In this document: one piece after another, positions 9,304 to 17,735 of the stretch
Layout of the letters: each line of letters opens with the position of its first letter
Numbering within the stretch: the first letter of the stretch is position 1
Assembly (NCBI RefSeq): GCF_003966335.1
Contig: NZ_CP034549.1
Location: 1,230,001-1,262,000, forward strand
Source: Nonlabens ponticola
GTDB lineage: Bacteria > Bacteroidota > Bacteroidia > Flavobacteriales > Flavobacteriaceae
DNA length: 32,000 nucleotides
Reading direction: 5' to 3'
The notes under the pieces: generated by a model
The model's input: the letters and a program-made list of their open reading frames with translations, nothing else
Databases searched by the model: none
Told to the model about the DNA's origin: nothing
Position numbers and translations under genes: made by a program

Positions 9304-12162
9304 ATGAGAATAATACTCTTCATTCTTTTCACAATAACGGCGATCGCAGCGCGAGCCCAAAGTGAAATTAGGATGCCGACCTCAAATAACGATGGCAATG
9401 GTTTCCTGTTTGTAGGTTGCAATGATGCTGTTTTTACAGATTCTGGTGGTTCTACCGGTGATTATGATTTTCTAGAAGATGGATTGGCGGTTTTTACACC
9501 TGCGGTAGAGACAGACCGTATGATCCTAGAATTTACCCAGGTTGATATTCTAGCTAACGATGTACTCACCATTTATGATGGTGATTCTACTAATGATCCA
9601 ATACTCGCAACAATTACTAACACCACTAATGCGCCAACGGCGCCTTTTCAAGCCAGTGATAGAAATTCAAACCCTAGTGGTAGTCTCACGGTACGCTTTA
9701 GGTCAAACAGTACTGGCGAGAGCTCAGGCTGGGTAGCCAATAGAACCTGTTTTGATCCTTGTCAAGATATACAGCCGGTAATCACCACAGTGCCAGCGAT
9801 CGATAGCGATGGTGTACTGCGCATTTGTCAAGGCGATCAGGTAGAATTTACAGGTGATGCAACTTTTAGTAACGATGGTACTGGAGCAACGTATGAGTGG
9901 AATCTGGATAATGGTCGTGGTTTTAATACGGGACAAGTACAAAATGAAACTTATACGGAGGTTGGAATCTACCGCACGCAGTTGAGAATAACAGATACTG
10001 AAGGTTGTCAAGATCGCGATATAATAGATCTAGTGGTTCAAGTTTCTAATGATCCAGACTTTGCGGGAACAAGAGCGGTCGATGATGAGATATGTCTAGG
10101 CGATTCTACCACGCTTACTGGTGTTGTAAATCCTGTAGAATTCAGGATTGATCCAGCGCCGCCAGTCACCGGACAAACGTTTTTACCTGATGGCAATGGA
10201 GTGAGTTATGAAACCTGTATAGATGTGGAGATTTTTTCACCGGGTCAAAGGCTTACTGATCCTAGTGATCTAGATGAGGTCTTTATTAATATAGAACATA
10301 GCTTTATAGGTGATTTGAGTATCTTATTACGTGCACCCAATGGATCTACGGTCACATTGCTTCCTGTTCCTAACGGCGGTGGTGCTACTTACTTGGGCCA
10401 GCCTATTGATGATGATGAAACTAATGAACCAGGTAATGGATTTGAATATAGAATTACAGAAAGAGCAGGAGCTGCACAGACATTGAGAGCGGCTGCGGCA
10501 AACTTCCCAAGTTTTAGATCACTACCTAGCGGTGACTATCGTCCTGAAGAACCATTTAGCACCATTCAAGGGACAAATCTTAATGGAGAATGGTGTTTGA
10601 TAGTTACCGACAATGAAGACCAGGACAATGGCTACATTTTTGAATGGGGCCTTACATTTAATGAAAGCATCATACCCGACGATCTCAACTTTACACCAAC
10701 TACGGTGCGAGAAGAGTGGCAGACAGATGCTACCATAGAAGCTGTCAATGGCAATGAAATTACCGTGAGACCAGATGTAGTGGGAGCCAAATGTTATACC
10801 TATGAGTACGAGGATAACTTTGGTTGTGTTTATACTCAAGAAGTTTGTATTGAAGTAAATGATTTGCCGCAAGCTAGTGACGTTCCAGTCTTCCTTCCAG
10901 TTTGTAATGTGCCTGATGAACAAAATCGTGTAGATCTTACCCGTGCTGATGATATAATTCTTGATGGACAGGCTAATAATATATCTGTCAACTACTTCAG
11001 GTCACAAAGCGATGCGGATAACGATGTGAATGTAATCAATGATCCAGAGGACTATGCCGTGAATACCAACAACGAGATCATTTTTGCTAGAATAACTGAC
11101 GCAAGTACCGGATGCTACAGTACCATAAATTTTGAATTAACATATGTTGATCCACCAGTTGCAAGTACACCTGATGAGGTTATTGTTTGCGATGATGGTA
11201 CTGGTAACGGTTTTTATGAATTGTCAAATAGCGATGCTCAAATTTCTAATGGCCAGACAAACACAAGCGTACGTTATTATGAAACCGAAGAAGATGCTAA
11301 TCAGGACTTAAATCCTTTGAGCAATGATTTTTCATTAAATCAAGATTTGATTTTATATGCTCGCTTGCAAAATTCTAGTGATTGTTTTGATATCATACCA
11401 TTAAGCCTTGACTTTACACCCGCGGCAAATTCACAACTTGCCGAGACAGCTGTATTATGCAGAGATAATGATGGTGTGTTGATAAGTGGTCCTGCGTTAC
11501 TTGACACACAGCTATCAAACGTCACATATAACTTTGAATGGCGCGTAGACGGCGTCGTACTAGTTGGAGAAGATAACAGCTCACTATCGGTCGAGTCACC
11601 TGGACGATATGCTGTTCAAATTACGGACATCGCCACTGGATGTCAAACGTTTGATCAGTCTGTTGTGCGTCAAGCTGGACCGCCAGAAACATTTACCGTA
11701 GATCTGAGATCACAACCTTTTGATATGAATCAAACCATTGTCGTAGAGGCTACAGGTCCCGATGAATATAGATTCCAGCTGGATGATGGTTTATTTCAAA
11801 ATTCAGGAACTTTCAACGATGTGAGACCAGGTTTACATACCATCACGATTGCTGAGGTTAATGGCTGTGGATCTGTAAGTACTCAGGTATTTGTTTATGG
11901 CTATCCTGATTTCTTCACGCCTAACGCTGACAACTTTAACGATACCTGGAATGTAGTAGGTGGCGATCTATTGCAAGGATCGCAAATATTTATTTTTGAT
12001 AGGTACGGTAAGTTTCTCAAGGAATTATCTCCAACTGGCCCTGGTTGGGATGGAACTTTCAATGGTGAGCCATTGCCTAGCTCAGATTATTGGTTTAAAA
12101 TAAAGTATCTTATTGATGGCAGGGCAGGAGAAGCTGGTGGTCACTTTGCATTAAAGAGATAG
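9304..12162 (+). CDS. Large secreted mosaic adhesin-like protein with a T9SS type-B (gliding-motility) C-terminal sorting domain
   Basis: Signal peptide MRIILFILFTITAIAARAQ; the track ORF starts at a TTG at 9283. CUB-like domain (~aa 45-156), PKD-like domain and proprotein-convertase P-domain (IEHSFIGDLSILLRAPNGSTVTLL...GEWCLIVTDNEDQDNGYIFEWGLTF). Two tandem ~70-aa modules. C-terminus FFTPNADNFNDTWNV...DRYGKFL...WDGTFNG...YWFKIKY. Confidence 0.85.
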   Translation: MRIILFILFTITAIAARAQSEIRMPTSNNDGNGFLFVGCNDAVFTDSGGSTGDYDFLEDGLAVFTPAVETDRMILEFTQVDILANDVLTIYDGDSTNDPILATITNTTNAPTAPFQASDRNSNPSGSLTVRFRSNSTGESSGWVANRTCFDPCQDIQPVITTVPAIDSDGVLRICQGDQVEFTGDATFSNDGTGATYEWNLDNGRGFNTGQVQNETYTEVGIYRTQLRITDTEGCQDRDIIDLVVQVSNDPDFAGTRAVDDEICLGDSTTLTGVVNPVEFRIDPAPPVTGQTFLPDGNGVSYETCIDVEIFSPGQRLTDPSDLDEVFINIEHSFIGDLSILLRAPNGSTVTLLPVPNGGGATYLGQPIDDDETNEPGNGFEYRITERAGAAQTLRAAAANFPSFRSLPSGDYRPEEPFSTIQGTNLNGEWCLIVTDNEDQDNGYIFEWGLTFNESIIPDDLNFTPTTVREEWQTDATIEAVNGNEITVRPDVVGAKCYTYEYEDNFGCVYTQEVCIEVNDLPQASDVPVFLPVCNVPDEQNRVDLTRADDIILDGQANNISVNYFRSQSDADNDVNVINDPEDYAVNTNNEIIFARITDASTGCYSTINFELTYVDPPVASTPDEVIVCDDGTGNGFYELSNSDAQISNGQTNTSVRYYETEEDANQDLNPLSNDFSLNQDLILYARLQNSSDCFDIIPLSLDFTPAANSQLAETAVLCRDNDGVLISGPALLDTQLSNVTYNFEWRVDGVVLVGEDNSSLSVESPGRYAVQITDIATGCQTFDQSVVRQAGPPETFTVDLRSQPFDMNQTIVVEATGPDEYRFQLDDGLFQNSGTFNDVRPGLHTITIAEVNGCGSVSTQVFVYGYPDFFTPNADNFNDTWNVVGGDLLQGSQIFIFDRYGKFLKELSPTGPGWDGTFNGEPLPSSDYWFKIKYLIDGRAGEAGGHFALKR

Positions 12163-12168
12163 TCGCCT

Positions 12169-12198
12169 AAAAAAAAGCACCTCGATTGTTGAGGTGCT
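12169..12198. terminator. Bidirectional intrinsic terminator between convergent genes
   Basis: Stem AGCACCTC/GAGGTGCT (12176-12183 / 12191-12198). An A8 run on the + strand gives a T8 tail for the minus-strand OMP gene; a T/G-rich tail follows on the + strand. Confidence 0.75.
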
Positions 12199-12206
12199 TG
12201 TGTTTG

Positions 12207-12228
12207 TTCTGCTTTCGCGAAAGCGTAA
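12207..12228. repeat. REP-like element copy c (TTCTGCTTTCGCGAAAGCGTAA), preceded by GTGTTTGTT
   Basis: Immediately downstream of the terminator hairpin. 16-nt exact core shared with the other copies. Confidence 0.7.
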
Positions 12229-12243
12229 TACCTAAAAGTCTTA

Positions 12244-13767
12244 CTAGAAATTAAAACCTACCGTTAGTACCACATTACTATTCTCGTTAAATACCTGACC
12301 ATTTGTGGTGAAAATCCCATTATTGAAAACGGCTTGAGAGTAATCACGCTCAGAATAATCATAGGATAGATCGATCGTAGTTTTACCTAAATTGTAGCCC
12401 AGACCTAAGCTGTAGCCTGTAAGATCGCTCATGATATCCTCATTCTCATATGGTGAGCCTACAGTTCTATAACCGCCGCGCAAGGTGAGCCTATCAATGC
12501 GATATTCTCCGCCTATTCTCAAGGTATTTGCACGCGTAAGCAGGTCTTCTGCCTGTGCATTATTTCCAGCAAATAATGGATCACTTTCAGGACTGAATTC
12601 TAGGGAACTGTAATCTCTACTACTATAATCTACACTAATCAATCCTTGCTGTCCAAAAATATAAGCAAGGCTACCCGTGATTTGTCCTGGTGTACGCAAG
12701 TCGAACGGAGCATACAAATTGACAACATTAGGTCTTACTTCATCAAAAAATTCAGCGCCATCTTCATCGACACTTCTAGTAAATATTTCTTGAGATAAGG
12801 ATTCTTCAATATTGTACCAAGTAGGTGATTCATAAGTTGCACCAATGCGCAAGGATTCAGTTACCTCACCTATAAATCCTAATTGGAACGAGAATCCAGC
12901 ACCGTCTGTTGTAAGAAGATTGTTGTACTCAACATCTGTAACTGATGCATCGTCGTTATTGTTAAATTCAGTAAAGTTGGTAAATCTGCTGTAATTAATG
13001 TAGTGAGAGTTGAGGTTAAGTCCTAGACTCCATTTCTCATCCAATTGAATAGCACCGTTTACACTTATTTTACCTTGACTGCCTGAGCTCAATATGTTCA
13101 ACGCCTGATTAAAAGAACCACTTCCAGTATTAGACGAATATTCTGTATTATCAGCTTCATTATCGTCAGGATCGATTATAAACGATTGAAATCCAAGAAA
13201 TCCTTGTTGTGCTCCAAAACTAACATTCTCACCCAAGAAAAGATATAAATCATCTATACTCTCACCATCGCGTGTCTCAAAATTATCTAATTCAAATCCA
13301 TTGGCGCTATTGACAAAAAAGTCACCTATACTATTGCTGTTGACACCACTAAAAAATACATTATCGTCATACGATCTTGTGATATTATAGTTAAGACCTA
13401 GCGAGAATTTGTTTAAGGTAGCATCATCTGTGCTTTTGAATACAAATACGACGCCAGCTTGATTGAGGTCTAAGTCGCCTTCACTAGAATTATTGAGTTG
13501 ACCTAAGTATGCTGTATCATTATTTTGATCATTATAGCCTAGTGAAAAACTAGCAAAGTGATTGTTGAATATGACAGACCCTGCTGGATTTTCTCCTACG
13601 GCAGTTAAATCACCACCCAAAGCACCAAAGGCACCGCTAAGTCCTCTATAGCGAGCAGTACCGAACAAATCATCCTGAGTACCATAAAGCAAACCATCGT
13701 TTAAAGTTTGCGCGTTAGAAAAAAGCGCACCTCCTAAAAGAGCGCTTAAAATTAATATCTTTTTCAT
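12244..13767 (-). CDS. Outer-membrane beta-barrel protein, FadL/TodX-like (family assignment tentative), 507 aa
   Basis: Signal peptide MKKILILSALLGGALFSNAQ. N-terminal motif GTARYRGLSGAFGALGGDLTAVGENPAGS resembles the FadL-family hatch with NPA. Alternating beta-strand pattern and C-terminal ...TVGFNF beta-signal. Confidence 0.8.
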   Translation of the reverse strand: MKKILILSALLGGALFSNAQTLNDGLLYGTQDDLFGTARYRGLSGAFGALGGDLTAVGENPAGSVIFNNHFASFSLGYNDQNNDTAYLGQLNNSSEGDLDLNQAGVVFVFKSTDDATLNKFSLGLNYNITRSYDDNVFFSGVNSNSIGDFFVNSANGFELDNFETRDGESIDDLYLFLGENVSFGAQQGFLGFQSFIIDPDDNEADNTEYSSNTGSGSFNQALNILSSGSQGKISVNGAIQLDEKWSLGLNLNSHYINYSRFTNFTEFNNNDDASVTDVEYNNLLTTDGAGFSFQLGFIGEVTESLRIGATYESPTWYNIEESLSQEIFTRSVDEDGAEFFDEVRPNVVNLYAPFDLRTPGQITGSLAYIFGQQGLISVDYSSRDYSSLEFSPESDPLFAGNNAQAEDLLTRANTLRIGGEYRIDRLTLRGGYRTVGSPYENEDIMSDLTGYSLGLGYNLGKTTIDLSYDYSERDYSQAVFNNGIFTTNGQVFNENSNVVLTVGFNF

Positions 13768-13782
13768 TGTATTTTTTTTGAA

Positions 13783-14835
13783 TTATCCTCTGCGACCGCC
13801 AGACCTGCCACTAGATCTACCGCCTGATGATCTACCACTTCTTGAAGAAGACGATCTAGCACCGCTGCTGCGTGAAGAAGACGATCTACTAGGCGATGTC
13901 GATGATGATCTTCTAGGGACACTGGTTGATCTCGCACGTGTATTGCTTGGACGAGCCGAACGTGTATTTGTTGATCTACTGCGACCATTGTTAATAACGC
14001 TGCGTCTACTAGTAGTTCTTTCACTACCTCTAACTGTTCTACCTCGATTATTTGATCTTGTTACAGATCTTCTGCGATCGTCAGTAATCCGGCCTGAGCT
14101 ACCATCAACTCGTCTGCCGCTGTTACGATAACCGTTGGAGAACGCTATATTCCTTCTATTGTAATAACCACCGTAATAAGGATTTCCATAAAATCCGTTG
14201 CCGTAAAAACCGTTATAGAAACCACCAAATCCGTATCCATAACCGAATCCTAGACCAAATCTAGGTCGTCCCCAACCCCAATATGGATTACCGAAGCCGC
14301 CACCCCAGCCGAAACCGTTATAAAAACCAAAACCATTATTGAAACCCCAATAAGGATTGCCAAATCCGCCACCCCAACCGAAGCCGTTGTTCCAACCAAA
14401 ACCATTGTAGAAACCAAATCCATTATTCCAACCCCATCCGTTATCGTAATAGTTAACTGTTACTTGTGATGGATTGCTGCCCCATGCAGGTTCACCACCA
14501 CCATAACTAGCAGTATAATTAGGATCTGCTGGATTATAACTTTGAGAACTGTAAGATTCTACATCAGTGAATATGCTATCAGATGGTTGTGCTTTGCCGT
14601 ATCGTTCAGCTTCTTGAGAAAATAACGATTCGTAATATCCAGCGCTGTTTTGCTGATAATTTGGTGTTGTTTCCTGAGCAACTGGTTGTTGTTGTGCTAC
14701 AGATCTATCATCAGAATAAATACCATCATTGTAGCTGGCATCTGTATAGGAACCGCAAGATGCCAAACTTGCCATTAATGCTCCTGTAAATAACAACTTA
14801 ATATAAGAACGGAAATAAAAAGTATTTTTCTTCAT
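13783..14835 (-). CDS. Low-complexity lipoprotein: Q/S/Y/N-rich region, Gly/Asn/Phe/Trp/Tyr tandem repeats, ~124-aa Arg/Ser-rich C-terminal tail
   Basis: MKKNTFYF... start at 14835 (alternative ATG at 14856), lipobox LASC. The stop lies 15 nt upstream of the OMP start, consistent with an operon. The ORF is long and uninterrupted despite repetitive DNA. Confidence 0.75.
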   Translation of the reverse strand: MKKNTFYFRSYIKLLFTGALMASLASCGSYTDASYNDGIYSDDRSVAQQQPVAQETTPNYQQNSAGYYESLFSQEAERYGKAQPSDSIFTDVESYSSQSYNPADPNYTASYGGGEPAWGSNPSQVTVNYYDNGWGWNNGFGFYNGFGWNNGFGWGGGFGNPYWGFNNGFGFYNGFGWGGGFGNPYWGWGRPRFGLGFGYGYGFGGFYNGFYGNGFYGNPYYGGYYNRRNIAFSNGYRNSGRRVDGSSGRITDDRRRSVTRSNNRGRTVRGSERTTSRRSVINNGRSRSTNTRSARPSNTRARSTSVPRRSSSTSPSRSSSSRSSGARSSSSRSGRSSGGRSSGRSGGRRG

Positions 14836-14845
14836 GGCAATAATT

Positions 14846-14878
14846 TTTGATAGCATTTGATAAAAATAAGTAGTTTTG
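14846..14878 (+). promoter_or_regulatory. Candidate Bacteroidota promoter for proS (TTTG-N21-TAGTTTTG)
   Basis: TTTG at 14846-14849 and a TAnnTTTG match at 14871-14878, ~65 nt upstream of the proS ATG. Confidence 0.35.
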
Positions 14879-14942
14879 CCAGCAGCATAAAGCTTTTAAC
14901 ATAACGTCAATACTAGCACAAGTTCTGTGCCAAACACCTGTC

Positions 14943-16421
14943 ATGTCCAAAAACCTAACCTCAAGAGAAGAAGACTATTCCAAATGGTATAACGAGCTGG
15001 TAGTCAAAGCAGACCTAGCAGAAAATAGTGCTGTGCGTGGTTGTATGGTGATAAAGCCATATGGATATGCCATCTGGGAGAAAATGCAGGCAGAACTTGA
15101 TCGAATGTTCAAGGAAACTGGTCATCAAAATGCCTATTTTCCTTTGTTTGTACCTAAGAGTCTTTTTGAGGCTGAAGAGAAAAATGCTGAAGGTTTTGCC
15201 AAGGAATGCGCCGTTGTCACACATTACCGACTGCAAAATGATCCGGATAATCCAGGAAAATTACGAGTCGATCCAGAAGCCAAGCTAGAAGAGGAGCTTG
15301 TGGTAAGGCCTACCAGTGAAGCAATTATATGGAACACCTACAAAGGCTGGATACAATCATATAGAGATTTACCATTACTTATAAATCAATGGGCAAATGT
15401 GGTGCGATGGGAAATGCGTACGCGACTCTTTTTAAGGACTGCAGAGTTTCTATGGCAGGAAGGTCATACGGCACATGCCACAAAGGATGAGGCGCTTAAA
15501 GAGGCGCAGCTTATGAATAATGTATATGCAACATTTGCACAGAACTTCATGGCCATACCAGTGATAAAAGGAACCAAGACAGAGAGCGAGCGTTTTGCAG
15601 GAGCTGATGAGACTTATTGTATTGAAGCATTAATGCAGGATGGTAAAGCCTTGCAAGCAGGTACCAGTCATTTTTTAGGACAAAATTTTGCTAAAGCCTT
15701 TGATGTCAAGTTCACCTCCAACGAGGGCAAGCAAGAGCATGTCTGGGCAACTTCTTGGGGCGTCTCCACTCGATTGATGGGAGCACTCATCATGACGCAC
15801 AGTGATGACAAGGGCCTAGTATTGCCACCTAATCTAGCTCCCAATCAAGTCGTTATTGTTCCTATATATAAAAGCCAAGAGCAATTAGAAGAGTTACAGC
15901 CTACAGTTGATGAGATTATCAAAGAGTTGCGATCAATAGGAATAACCGTGAAGTTTGATGATCGCGATACGATGCGTCCAGGTGCTAAATTTGCACAGCA
16001 CGAATTACAAGGTGTGCCATTGCGCATCGCAATAGGGGCAAGAGATCTAGCCAATGGAACGGTAGAACTTGCAAGAAGAGATACGTTAAGTAAGGAAACT
16101 ATTCCAGTAAATGGATTATCGCAGCGCATTAAAAGTCTATTGGAGCAAATCCAGTCAGATCTCTTTAATAAAGCAGAAGTTTATCGCAATGAACATGTGA
16201 CTGCTGTCGATGATTTTGAATCTTTTAAAAAGACTTTAGAAGAGAAAGGTGGCTTCATATCAGCGCATTGGGATGGAACAGCAGAAACTGAAGATAAAAT
16301 TAAAGAGCTAACGAAGGCAACTATACGCTGCATACCAGAAGATCAAAAGCAAGAATCAGGCGTTTGTGTGCTTTCTGGTAATCCTTCACAAGGTCGAGTT
16401 TTATTTGCAAAAGCATATTAA
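14943..16421 (+). CDS. proS: Proline--tRNA ligase (archaeal/eukaryote-like type, no INS editing domain)
   Basis: 492 aa class II aaRS with the typical N-terminus [19 protein letters not shown], catalytic core, anticodon-binding domain and C-terminal ProRS-C domain ending ...FAKAY. Confidence 0.97.
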   Translation: MSKNLTSREEDYSKWYNELVVKADLAENSAVRGCMVIKPYGYAIWEKMQAELDRMFKETGHQNAYFPLFVPKSLFEAEEKNAEGFAKECAVVTHYRLQNDPDNPGKLRVDPEAKLEEELVVRPTSEAIIWNTYKGWIQSYRDLPLLINQWANVVRWEMRTRLFLRTAEFLWQEGHTAHATKDEALKEAQLMNNVYATFAQNFMAIPVIKGTKTESERFAGADETYCIEALMQDGKALQAGTSHFLGQNFAKAFDVKFTSNEGKQEHVWATSWGVSTRLMGALIMTHSDDKGLVLPPNLAPNQVVIVPIYKSQEQLEELQPTVDEIIKELRSIGITVKFDDRDTMRPGAKFAQHELQGVPLRIAIGARDLANGTVELARRDTLSKETIPVNGLSQRIKSLLEQIQSDLFNKAEVYRNEHVTAVDDFESFKKTLEEKGGFISAHWDGTAETEDKIKELTKATIRCIPEDQKQESGVCVLSGNPSQGRVLFAKAY

Positions 16422-16442
16422 TGCAAAAAAATCTCTATAGCG

Positions 16443-16473
16443 TTTGCAAGAAATAAAAAAGTGTTTATTTTTG
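16443..16473 (+). promoter_or_regulatory. Candidate canonical Bacteroidota promoter (TTTG-N19-TATTTTTG) for tRNA-Glu, and possibly rpsT
   Basis: Exact -33 TTTG (16443-16446) and -7 TAnnTTTG (16466-16473) with 19-nt spacing, ending 27 nt before the tRNA 5' end. Confidence 0.5.
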
Positions 16474-16499
16474 CATCCGCTTAACGAGCAAAACTAAAT

Positions 16500-16571
16500 G
16501 GCCCGTTCGTCTATCGGCTAGGACGCATGGTTTTCATCCATGTAAGAGGGGTTCGATTCCCCTACGGGCTA
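16500..16571 (+). tRNA. tRNA-Glu (anticodon UUC)
   Basis: Hand-folded cloverleaf: acceptor GGCCCGT/ACGGGCT (G1-U72 wobble), D stem GTCT/GGAC, anticodon stem CATGG/CCATG with loop TTTTCAT (TTC), T arm AGGGG-TTCGATT-CCCCT, discriminator A. CCA is not encoded. Confidence 0.9.
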
Positions 16572-16616
16572 CTATAACAAATCACCGGTTCCTTTGAGAG
16601 CCAAGTTTAAAAAGAT

Positions 16617-16868
16617 ATGGCAAATCACAAAAGTGCTTTAAAAAGAATACGTAGAAATGAGGCTGCACGAGTAAGAAATAAGTACCAGCACAAAACTACA
16701 CGTAACGCAATCAAGAAGTTGAAGGAGACTGAAGATAAGTCTGCTGCAGAGAAGTTGTTTGTAGAAGTTACTTCTATGATCGACAAGCTTGCTAAAAAGA
16801 ATATCATTCACGATAACAAAGCAGGTAACCTAAAGTCACAACTTGCTAAGCATATCAACGCGCTGTAA
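16617..16868 (+). CDS. rpsT: 30S ribosomal protein S20
   Basis: 83 aa, MANHKSALKRIRRNEAARVRNK..., a typical S20 sequence. Confidence 0.95.
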   Translation: MANHKSALKRIRRNEAARVRNKYQHKTTRNAIKKLKETEDKSAAEKLFVEVTSMIDKLAKKNIIHDNKAGNLKSQLAKHINAL

Positions 16869-16890
16869 ATAGTTGACAAGATTATATTGA

Positions 16891-16919
16891 AAAGCCTCTC
16901 AATTGAGAGGCTTTTTTTT
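16891..16919. terminator. Intrinsic terminator after rpsT (probably also serves the convergent minus-strand gene)
   Basis: AAAGCCTCTC-AATT-GAGAGGCTTT followed by a T-run. Confidence 0.85.
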
Positions 16920-16974
16920 GCTTTGATGTTACATCATGTCCTACTGCTGAAAGCAATTGGAAAGCTTAAAGCTT

Positions 16975-17562
16975 TTAGGCTTGTTCTTTTTTAAGCCTAG
17001 ACAGCTTATTGCGCTCATCCTGTAATTGTCTGCCCAGCTTTTGTTCCTTTTCTATAGACTTGCGTCTCAGTTCTTCTAGTTCTGCTTCAGTTGTAGCGAG
17101 TTCTTTTTTTGACTGGCTGGTCACATAGTGACTCTTCTTGAATTGCAGAAATAACAAAACCAGAGCTGCTGCAAGTACGCCAACGATTGACCATACCATA
17201 ATACTATAGGTTGACTTATCAAGAGGTAAGCCTAGAAAAGCAATGGAATCCTTGTCATCTTGCAACGCGACGATCTCACTATTTGCAGTGTCAAGTTGCG
17301 ATTGCAATTGGGACTGCGCTTCTTGTTCACCTGCTAGCTTTTGCTCAAGGCTATTGATGCTTTGGTTTAACTCATCAATATGCTGGCTCGCATTTGATCT
17401 GAGCTGTTGGAGCTCATTGAATTTCACAACCTTATAATTCTGATAATTATTGGAACTTTTGATTAGCTCTTCAAACTGTTGATCAATGGGATTGTCTGTG
17501 GTTGTTTCTTGAGCATAAAATAATGCTGGCAAGAAAATGATTGAGAGAAAAAGTTTTTTCAT
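16975..17562 (-). CDS. Hypothetical coiled-coil membrane protein (195 aa)
   Basis: Signal peptide MKKLFLSIIFLPALFYAQ, Q/E/L-rich coiled-coil, one TM helix (MVWSIVGVLAAALVLLFLQF), charged coiled-coil tail. Confidence 0.65.
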   Translation of the reverse strand: MKKLFLSIIFLPALFYAQETTTDNPIDQQFEELIKSSNNYQNYKVVKFNELQQLRSNASQHIDELNQSINSLEQKLAGEQEAQSQLQSQLDTANSEIVALQDDKDSIAFLGLPLDKSTYSIMVWSIVGVLAAALVLLFLQFKKSHYVTSQSKKELATTEAELEELRRKSIEKEQKLGRQLQDERNKLSRLKKEQA

Positions 17563-17663
17563 AGGGGCAAAGTTTAGCTAGCAAAGGGATGCTAGTATGA
17601 GATATCTACAAATAACGTGATATCATTTTAAAACGTATAGTGTTAGAGTTGTTTTTTGTGTAG

Positions 17664-17685
17664 TTACGCTTTCTCGAAAGCATAA
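17664..17685. repeat. REP-like element copy d, degenerate (TTACGCTTTCTCGAAAGCATAA), preceded by GTTGTTTTTTGTG
   Basis: 2 mismatches to the perfect palindrome. Directly abuts the rho terminator. Confidence 0.6.
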
Positions 17686-17716
17686 TAAAAAATGCCCCAC
17701 TTGACAGTAGGGCATT
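17686..17716 (-). terminator. Intrinsic terminator after rho
   Basis: Minus-strand AATGCCC-12 nt loop-GGGCATT followed by TTTTT. Confidence 0.7.
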
Positions 17717-17735
17717 TATTGATATGGTATTATTT

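Noticed and set aside
13764-14131. Two long ORFs (13778-14131 + and 13764-14024 -, alternative frame) within the Arg/Ser-tail DNA.
   Set aside because: They are by-products of low-complexity repetitive DNA (Leu/Asp/Pro-rich and His/Val/Leu-rich translations). The lipoprotein frame is continuous with a proper signal peptide and lipobox and is coupled to the downstream OMP gene.
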